From: Leptospirales bacterium
Lineage (GTDB): Bacteria; Spirochaetota; Leptospiria; Turneriellales; JAOUFE01
Direction of reading: 5' to 3'
Assembly (NCBI GenBank): GCA_040326155.1
Contig: JBEQLE010000106.1
Span: 1-10,153, forward strand
Length of the DNA: 10,153 bases
This document shows positions 1-6,086 of this stretch, in pieces (position 1 is the stretch's first letter; every line of letters starts with the position of its first letter). The notes under the pieces were generated by a model, which was given only the letters and a program-made list of their open reading frames with translations, made no database searches and was not told the DNA's origin. The position numbers were made by a program, and so were the translations under genes.

Positions 1-255
1 GTAGCGAGCCTCCTGGTATTGTTCTCTTGTTGGAAGCTTGTGGCTGCGCGTTTATTAGTGTTTGTCTGGTGATTTTAATTTGATGATGTTTGTTGTCAAA
101 GTTTTTTCAATATTAATAAAATGGCAAAAAATGCGATAATGTGACGAGTTTTTATTTGCCATTATGAATGTTAAGGCAGGCCTGGAATGTACGAAATAAG
201 CTTCTAATTTTGGTGCAAGTCCGGGTCGCTTAGGAGGATCACTCAAAAGGTGGTT

Positions 256-368
256 GAATAACTCTATACTGCAAAGCTAAGGAAAATATTTTACAGTTAA
301 ATATTTGTTGAACTTACGAAATCCGAACAGCCCGAAGGGCACGTCGCATCAACTCTATATAGTTATCG
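256..368 (+). mobile_element. Integron recombination site at the start of the visible array (attI or divergent attC); crossover G|TT at 362/363
   Basis: GTTATCGGCA (362-371) is the exact reverse complement of TGCCGATAAC (1820-1829), which opens the next attC. AACTCTATATAGTT (351-364) is a near-palindrome. AACTCTATA occurs at 260-268 and 351-359. Hairpin GCCC-GAA-GGGC at 330-340. Confidence 0.6.
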
Positions 369-452
369 GCAATAAACGCAGATTGATTCTCAAACTCGCC
401 CGTCCTGGGCTCGCAAAATAAAGAATTGACATCTTGAACGTATTAATGCGAT

Positions 453-481
453 TTCATAATAATATGGTTTACTCTTATAAT
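453..481 (+). promoter_or_regulatory. Putative sigma70 promoter of cassette 1
   Basis: TTCATA (453-458), 17-bp spacer, TATAAT (476-481). SD-like GGGAG at 519-523 before ATG 530. Confidence 0.5.
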
Positions 482-529
482 ACTTGGAAAACTATATATT
501 AAATAAAAACTAAATAGTGGGAGTTAATC

Positions 530-1582
530 ATGAGCGACAACAAGAGTTATGTAATTTGGAACAATAAAGGGGGCGTTGGGAAAAGCACAATAACATTCCA
601 TGTTGCTTCCGTTTATGCTGAGAACCATTTGGATAGAGATGTCGTTGTTGTAGACATGTGTCCTCAAGCAAATTCTTCATCTATGCTAATGGGCGGAGGA
701 AAAGAAAGCGAATCCAAACTTCAAGAATTAATTTCAAAAAATGAACCACAAAGTATTGTAGGTTATATAACTGAAGCAACATTAAAAGGTGATGCGGAAT
801 TAAGTAAATACGTGACTAAATTGAATAGTATAAACTCAAACTTATCTGATAATCTGTATTTGATTTCTGGTGACGGGAATTTAGAGCTTATCGCTCCTTT
901 GCTGTCAGAACGGGCAGAAGCTACACCTCTTTCGGCCACAGATAATCCATGGATCAAAATCCATTCAATTATCAAAGAAATGACTGACAAAAGATTGAAT
1001 TCTGACAGACCTTGCACATATTTTATAGATACAAATCCAAGTTTTGCTATTTATACGCAATTGGCTATTGTCGGCGGTGATAAACTATTGGTCCCAATTA
1101 ATGCTGATGATTCATCAATTTTTGCAATTACTGGTCTCTTTCATTTAATTTGGGGGACATCTGAAAGTCATCCCGTTTATGGAAAATATACTTTTGCTTC
1201 GAAGGCTAAAAAACATGACCTCAAATTGCCTAAGATTTCATTCTTACTTGGTAACAGATTTACACAAAAAAAAGGTGCAGCTCATGCATTTAAAGCATTA
1301 TCTGATGAAGCACTCAAGAAAATGTTCTCAGAGTTTAAAAGTAATCCAGATAAATTTGAACATTTAGAGGGTGAATTCAATGATATAACAGCTTTTGAAA
1401 AAGCTTACAGTATTGAGTTAAGAGATTTTAATAGTGCAGGTGTGGTTGCTGCCAATCAAGGACTTCCGTTAAGTAAAATGGACCAGCATACTTATGAAGT
1501 TTATGGTGAAAAAATACAGGTTGCCAAAGAACAACGCGTATTATGCAAAAAAACTATTGAAGATTTGGTTTCTAAATTATGA
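530..1582 (+). CDS. ParA/Soj-family (deviant Walker A) ATPase, orphan
   Basis: 350 aa. NNKGGVGKST (deviant Walker A), VDMCPQAN (A'), FIDTNP (Walker B), LGNR motif. No parB in the window. Confidence 0.9.
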   Translation: MSDNKSYVIWNNKGGVGKSTITFHVASVYAENHLDRDVVVVDMCPQANSSSMLMGGGKESESKLQELISKNEPQSIVGYITEATLKGDAELSKYVTKLNSINSNLSDNLYLISGDGNLELIAPLLSERAEATPLSATDNPWIKIHSIIKEMTDKRLNSDRPCTYFIDTNPSFAIYTQLAIVGGDKLLVPINADDSSIFAITGLFHLIWGTSESHPVYGKYTFASKAKKHDLKLPKISFLLGNRFTQKKGAAHAFKALSDEALKKMFSEFKSNPDKFEHLEGEFNDITAFEKAYSIELRDFNSAGVVAANQGLPLSKMDQHTYEVYGEKIQVAKEQRVLCKKTIEDLVSKL

Positions 1583-1770
1583 TAATTATTTATAATCTTA
1601 AATATACAAATCCAGCGCCATTACTGAGATATTAAAGATATTGAAGATTGAATAAATTGAACTTGAAAGAAAATTAAAACGACAATAGTATAAAGCTAAC
1701 CCATATCACGATGCAAGTTGACTACAAGGCTTTTCTATTCTATGCTTTTAAAAAATGACACAATAAGTAA

Positions 1771-1801
1771 TAAATTTGGCGTCCGTGCCAAATTTACTTT
1801 T
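1771..1801 (+). terminator. Putative intrinsic terminator hairpin after the ParA gene
   Basis: Perfect 10-bp stem TAAATTTGGC (1771-1780) / GCCAAATTTA (1787-1796) with a 6-nt loop, followed by CTTTT. Confidence 0.5.
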
Positions 1802-1822
1802 GAGTTTAGAAGCGTTGACTGC

Positions 1823-2006
1823 CGATAACAAATTTTAATCTGCTGCGCCCCGACTTCGCGGGTGCTCGGGTTTCGCTAGCGCTCAACCACATTTTGAGAC
1901 TACCTGAGCTTAACCGCCAAGCTCGCACGAAACTTGAGGTTAGTTTGGTGCTCGCTTGGCTGACTCCGGCAGTCTCAAAACATCAGATAAAATTGAAACG
2001 TCAAAT
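1823..2006 (+). mobile_element. attC-like site 1 (184 bp, branched; R' reads GTC instead of GTT)
   Basis: CGATAAC-AAATTTTAATCTG ... CAGATAAAATT-GAAAC-GTCAAAT. The arms pair with one extra base. Internal stems TTTTGAGACT (1892-1901)/AGTCTCAAAA (1971-1980) and GCCAAGC (1916-1922)/GCTTGGC (1954-1960). Confidence 0.8.
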
Positions 2007-2055
2007 GAAATAAGCGCGAATAACACCTGTAAAGTATATCATTATTAATAAATAT

Positions 2056-2084
2056 TTGTCACCATGTTTAAAGATATATACATT
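2056..2084 (+). promoter_or_regulatory. Putative sigma70 promoter of cassette 2
   Basis: TTGTCA (2056-2061), 17-bp spacer, TACATT (2079-2084). Confidence 0.45.
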
Positions 2085-2100
2085 ACCTCCTATCTGTAAT

Positions 2101-3054
2101 ATGAAAAGTTTAGAATGTATTATTTTCAATGTCGATCATGGTTTTTGTGCCTTCATCAAATCCCCAAACGATTATGGTCTTTTAATAGATGCTGGATCTA
2201 AAAATTTATTTTCCCCAGTAAAATACGTGAAAAATGCGTATCCAGGGGGTATATCATTTTTTGAAAAACGCCGTATTGCTGAGTTAATAATTACACATCT
2301 TCATGCAGACCATTTTTCCGATGTGGGAAATCTCAAAGATGCGCAAAAACCTAAACACCTATCTAGGGATAAATCTACATTGGCTCAAATGCGCAGTAAA
2401 ATCAAAAACGCAAAAAATGACGATAGTGGTATTAAGCTTCTGAAGGAATTTGATACTTTTCAAAAAGCATATGATAAGGATTCCGGTGATGAGCCTAATT
2501 GGGGTTTTGATTATTTTGATAAACGTCAAATTACGTACACTACAGCAAATAAAATCTCAGAAAGTGATGACAAGTTAATAAATAATAGAAGTTATATTAC
2601 AGTCATTGAATTTGCTGGTAAGCGAATTCTATTTCCCGGAGATATTGAAGTGGCGGGCTGGGATAAATTTCTTGGAAATGCAACCAATCAAAAGCATATC
2701 AATAATATTAACTTCTTTATTGCGTCGCACCATGGCCATAAATCTGGTTTTACGAAAAGTATTTTAGACTATACAGGTAAGCCAGATTTGTTTATTGTTT
2801 CGGCCAAAAGTGGCGATGAACATATAGATTCATCTTATTCAAATATCGAATATAGTAAAGGTTATCTTATCACAGATGATTCTAAAAAATCAAAAATGGT
2901 ATCAACAAGAGAAAAACAAAGTTCTATTAAAATCATTATTAATGAAGACGGTACGACATCTGTCAGTTACCTTGAAACAAAAAATAATTTAAATGAAAAC
3001 CAGGCTTTCAAGCGTGACCGTGCATTAAAACGCTACAAAAAAATATATCAGTGA
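2101..3054 (+). CDS. Metallo-beta-lactamase-fold hydrolase, ComEC/Rec2-like (probable nuclease or phosphodiesterase)
   Basis: 317 aa from ATG 2101. Motifs FNVDHG, LLIDAG, THLHADH (HxHxDH), ILFPGD and ASHHG. No signal peptide and no ComEC membrane domain. Confidence 0.88.
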   Translation: MKSLECIIFNVDHGFCAFIKSPNDYGLLIDAGSKNLFSPVKYVKNAYPGGISFFEKRRIAELIITHLHADHFSDVGNLKDAQKPKHLSRDKSTLAQMRSKIKNAKNDDSGIKLLKEFDTFQKAYDKDSGDEPNWGFDYFDKRQITYTTANKISESDDKLINNRSYITVIEFAGKRILFPGDIEVAGWDKFLGNATNQKHINNINFFIASHHGHKSGFTKSILDYTGKPDLFIVSAKSGDEHIDSSYSNIEYSKGYLITDDSKKSKMVSTREKQSSIKIIINEDGTTSVSYLETKNNLNENQAFKRDRALKRYKKIYQ

Positions 3055-3057
3055 ATT

Positions 3058-3510
3058 ATGAAAAAAATTATATTATATTTAGTGATTATCATAATCTCAT
3101 TATTAGCGGCTATCAAGTTTCGTGTTAACATTGGTACATTTTTCCATTATGAATTTAATGGTATTTTTAAATCTTTATTTTTTACTATATGGTCTGCTAC
3201 ACTAGGCTCAGTGTTTTATTGCCTACGCGCTGTTTATGAAAATAAATCTGTAAGAAAAAATTGGGATCCCGATTGGGAAGTATGGTATTATATTCGTCCT
3301 ATCACCGGTAGCATTATAGGTTTTGCTGTATGGTTGGCTATTAAATCAGGTTTGCTAATTTTATCTACCGACAGCAGTAATATCAATATTTGGGCTAGTT
3401 CCTTTTTGGGGTTTATCGCTGGTTTAAATGTTAAAAATATACAGTTATTGCTGGAAGAGATTATGCATAAAAAAGTGGGTTTATCAAAAAGCAACCAGTC
3501 AAAAAATTAG
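3058..3510 (+). CDS. Small integral membrane protein (~4 TM), hypothetical
   Basis: 150 aa, starting 3 nt after the MBL stop. Hydrophobic segments at about aa 4-20, 36-56, 77-102 and 110-124. LGS...WYYIRP..G..G..F.AG pattern. Confidence 0.85.
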   Translation: MKKIILYLVIIIISLLAAIKFRVNIGTFFHYEFNGIFKSLFFTIWSATLGSVFYCLRAVYENKSVRKNWDPDWEVWYYIRPITGSIIGFAVWLAIKSGLLILSTDSSNINIWASSFLGFIAGLNVKNIQLLLEEIMHKKVGLSKSNQSKN

Positions 3511-3520
3511 CACTTACTTC

Positions 3521-3757
3521 ATTTAACAAATTTTGGTCTGCTCAGGCGCGCCTTCGGGTCTCGCATCATATTTTACTTTAAATTGATATTCAAGTTTTAA
3601 GAGATAATAGATCTATTATTTTTTCGTAAATGCTCACCCGCAATTTGGGGTGTCTCGACTAATCCGCCAGAGCTCGCACCAAACTTGAGGTTTGTTTTGC
3701 GCTCGTCTAGTGGGTCGAGTCACCCCAAAACGTCAAGATAAAATTGCAACGTTATCT
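3521..3757 (+). mobile_element. attC-like site 2 (237 bp, branched)
   Basis: ATTTAAC (perfect RYYYAAC)-AAATTTTGGTCTG ... AAGATAAAATT-GCAAC-GTTATCT. Homologous to site 1. Stems TTTGGGGTG (3644-3652)/CACCCCAAA (3721-3729) and CTCGAC (3654-3659)/GTCGAG (3714-3719). Confidence 0.82.
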
Positions 3758-3835
3758 GAAAGATTGGGTGTAAATTCCTGTCTAATTTTCTGGTAACATG
3801 CGATTTTAATTTAATTTATTCTTTACGTGCAATTC

Positions 3836-3857
3836 TTAACATAGTATATGTTAAATT
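3836..3857 (+). promoter_or_regulatory. Operator-like palindrome overlapping a putative extended -10 element
   Basis: TTAACATA-GTA-TATGTTAA (3836-3854). TGnTAAATT at 3849-3857, about 20 nt before ATG 3877. Confidence 0.4.
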
Positions 3858-3876
3858 ATAAGTTTCATACTTCAAT

Positions 3877-4950
3877 ATGTCTCCCGATTTTAAAAAAGCT
3901 ACAATAGACGTTCTCTCCAAAAGAGCTGCATTTAAATGTTCAAATCCAGATTGTAGAGTTTCAACCGTTGGCCCCAATTCCGATAATAACAAATCTACTT
4001 CTATTGGTGAAGCAGCACATATTTATGGTGCTCGCGAAACTTCTAAAAGATACATTCCGGACCAAACTAATGTACTTAGATCAGACATAACAAATGCTAT
4101 TTGGTTATGTCGAAATTGCCATAAACTTATCGACACCGATGAAAATAGGTTTTCAGTTTCAACACTATTTGCCTGGCGGGAACATCACGAAAATTATATC
4201 CTCTCGGAGTTGGGTACGGCGACAGATAAAATCCATTTAGAAGAACAAACTGCATTATTATTACAATTTAAAGACCACTCGCCATTGATCCGAAGAATAG
4301 TGCTAGATCAGCCAGATGGTTGGGAGTGGCGTTTAACAGCAGAATTGATGCGCTACCTCAATAATCCACTTTTCCGTAAACTCGACGATTTGAATCAAGG
4401 TCTTTACATAAAAGCTCAAACACACCTTAACGATGAACATGTATTAGACTGGATTTTCAAACGATTGAATGAAGCTTCAAAAATGATTGAACCGTTTCAT
4501 GGCTTACTTGGTAAGTTAACAGAAAGTTTTGGCCCGCCTGGAAAGTCTGGTAGTGTGGAAGAAATATTCCACATTACTAATCTAATACGAGATCAAATCG
4601 AATATATGCTAAAATTCGAAGAGGTAATCCATTTTACAATTGTATCCTCAAAGTATGAAAATCTTTTAAGATTACTAAAAAACATGATTGGTTCTCAAGC
4701 TAAGAAACTTGCAAATATTCCAAAACAGCTTGATGAAGTGGTCGAAATTAGTCACCAGCGTATTGATGAAAAATTAGCAAAACCATTGCGCATAGAAAAT
4801 ATTATCGAATTTAGTGTACCCGAAAACTGGGAAGAGAATTTTGATCAGGAAATGAGGAAGGTACAGGGACGCCCAAGCAAGAAAGCTGAAAAATATAGTA
4901 AAATTTTTGCAATTATAATATTTATTCTGTTTCTTGTGTATGTATGTTAA
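3877..4950 (+). CDS. HNH endonuclease with an uncharacterised helical domain and a C-terminal TM anchor
   Basis: 357 aa. CSNPDC ... GEAAHI ... NAIWLCRNCHKLID in the N-terminal ~105 aa. C-terminus IFAIIIFILFLVYVC preceded by a basic stretch. Confidence 0.88.
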   Translation: MSPDFKKATIDVLSKRAAFKCSNPDCRVSTVGPNSDNNKSTSIGEAAHIYGARETSKRYIPDQTNVLRSDITNAIWLCRNCHKLIDTDENRFSVSTLFAWREHHENYILSELGTATDKIHLEEQTALLLQFKDHSPLIRRIVLDQPDGWEWRLTAELMRYLNNPLFRKLDDLNQGLYIKAQTHLNDEHVLDWIFKRLNEASKMIEPFHGLLGKLTESFGPPGKSGSVEEIFHITNLIRDQIEYMLKFEEVIHFTIVSSKYENLLRLLKNMIGSQAKKLANIPKQLDEVVEISHQRIDEKLAKPLRIENIIEFSVPENWEENFDQEMRKVQGRPSKKAEKYSKIFAIIIFILFLVYVC

Positions 4951-4974
4951 TAAATTCATAATTCGGGCAACAGC

Positions 4975-5074
4975 ATATAACTAATTTTATCTATTCACAC
5001 CCGACTATCTTGCCGATTGCTTGACGTCTCAGTCAATTAATTTTGCAATACGATAGAAAAAGATGCAGCTATTT
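4975..5074 (+). mobile_element. Degenerate attC-like site 3
   Basis: ATATAAC-TAATTTTATCT...CCCGACT resembles the left arm of site 1. Possible right arm ATAGAAAAA...TGCA-GCTATTT (GCT in place of GTT). Internal TTGAC/GTCAA and ATTGC/GCAAT stems. Confidence 0.5.
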
Positions 5075-5101
5075 CCGACTTGATTGTAAAACAATTATTA
5101 G

Positions 5102-5599
5102 GTGCTTTTATTAAAAGTAATAAAATGGAAATTTACTCGCATCCTGAGGAAATGCGCTATTGTGCTAATTAAAACAATTCTTACTAATACGACTAAAAGC
5201 AAATTACGAAAAAACTTAATCAAAGCGGTGAAAAAGAATAAGAAACAAACTCTTTTTGGCTTTATCAAAGGTGATTATTTTGTTTTGCGAAAAAAGAAGT
5301 CAGAGAGCAATTTTCTATTTGTTCCATTTTTCATTGGAAAAATTGAACAAAATAAAAAGCTATATAAAGGCTGTGCATATATGAAAGGCTTCTTTTTTCT
5401 GAAACCAAAACCAGCCCTGCTTTATTATACTGCTATTCTTTATGCTATTGATATATACATCTTGACAAATCACATTTTATCCATTATCATGTTCTTCTTC
5501 CTGGCACTCTATATTATGTTTTCGTTTACCGGAAAATTACAAAAGCATGCTTTGATTCAAACTCTAATGGTTACAGGCATGGAATCTCATTCACGCTAA
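5102..5599 (+). CDS. Hypothetical Lys-rich protein with two C-terminal TM segments (start uncertain, possibly GTG 5162)
   Basis: 165-aa ORF in cassette orientation. Hydrophobic segments PALLYYTAILYAIDIYIL and ILSIIMFFFLALYIMFSF. Confidence 0.6.
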   Translation: MLLLKVIKWKFTRILRKCAIVLIKTILTNTTKSKLRKNLIKAVKKNKKQTLFGFIKGDYFVLRKKKSESNFLFVPFFIGKIEQNKKLYKGCAYMKGFFFLKPKPALLYYTAILYAIDIYILTNHILSIIMFFFLALYIMFSFTGKLQKHALIQTLMVTGMESHSR

Positions 5600-5766
5600 A
5601 AATCCGGTAGAATTTCAAAACTACAATACAGCTTCTGTTTGGCCAATAGTATTATTTTTTTCATCAACTTCTTCGAGAACACTCATAACACTCGCAATAC
5701 AGTCAGACTCAGCTGAAAAACTGCTAAATATACTGGATAGGTCATTAAAAGAACCAGGAAAGTAAC

Positions 5767-5795
5767 AAACAAAAAGCGGCCCATCTCTGGACCGC
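5767..5795 (-). terminator. Intrinsic terminator on the minus strand
   Basis: Minus strand reads GCGGTCCA-GAGA-TGGGCCGC-TTTTTGTTT. Confidence 0.7.
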
Positions 5796-6086
5796 ATGGA
5801 TAAACATAAAAAATATGTTCAATGCCATTTTGTACGTATATTCCGTATGTCAAGCGGTTATCCTGTCACTTAGGACGTTATTCTATGTCCGTAAGGGAAT
5901 GATTGCGTTTAATTATTTTAGCAGATTCAAAATCTTAGCAAATATTCACGAAGATAGTATATTTTATTGAATAAAATTACATTATCTGCTACTTGCGAGA
6001 CCTTTTTAACACGGATCAGGAATTATTGAGAATTTACTAATTTACGTTGTTTTAATCTGCAAAATCACGTTACGTCAGCAATTTAA

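Larger units (their letters stand above)
363..2000 (+). mobile_element. Gene cassette 1 (ParA-family ATPase)
   Basis: Bounded by the core at 362-371 and the attC-like site at 1823-2006, with 10-bp core complementarity. Confidence 0.75.
2001..3751 (+). mobile_element. Gene cassette 2 (MBL-fold hydrolase + membrane protein)
   Basis: GTCAAATGAA (2000-2009) matches the reverse complement of TTCATTTAAC (3518-3527) at 9/10 positions. The attC begins 10 nt after the last stop codon. Confidence 0.75.
3752..5068 (+). mobile_element. Gene cassette 3 (HNH nuclease); right boundary uncertain
   Basis: GTTATCTG (3751-3758) matches the reverse complement of CATATAAC (4974-4981) at 7/8 positions. Confidence 0.6.

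Noticed and set aside
120..163. Inverted repeat AATGGCAAA/TTTGCCATT
   Set aside because: 9-bp arms with a 26-nt spacer in AT-rich DNA; no function can be supported.
55..246. 63-aa minus-strand ORF as an integrase fragment
   Set aside because: No tyrosine-recombinase motifs and a non-ATG start; likely spurious.
395..414. REP-like mini-hairpin CTCGCCCGTCCTGGGCTCGC
   Set aside because: Single copy with a 4-bp stem; insufficient evidence.
426..431. Perfect TTGACA as the -35 for the ParA gene
   Set aside because: No -10 at 16-18 bp spacing; the 453-481 pair fits better.
530..1582. Plasmid or chromosome partition locus
   Set aside because: No parB, parS or rep, and the gene sits inside cassette boundaries.
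2056..2100. TTG start for the MBL gene
   Set aside because: The MBL fold begins right after ATG 2101, and the extension overlaps the putative promoter.
2101..3054. True beta-lactamase or competence comEC
   Set aside because: No signal peptide, ComEC-type GD/HHG motifs, and no competence membrane domain.
1823..3757. Repeats interpreted as CRISPR, IS ends, tRNA or riboswitch
   Set aside because: They are spaced by whole genes, with no transposase, target-site duplication or cloverleaf. AAC/GTT cassette-end complementarity fits attC.
763..4959. Short overlapping ORFs 763-1017, 1179-1367, 3288-3494 and 4774-4959
   Set aside because: Shadows of motif-bearing longer genes.
5757..5766. GGAAAGTAAC as the start of a fourth attC
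   Set aside because: It needs a gap to match and no attC arm follows; the adjacent hairpin is better explained as a terminator.
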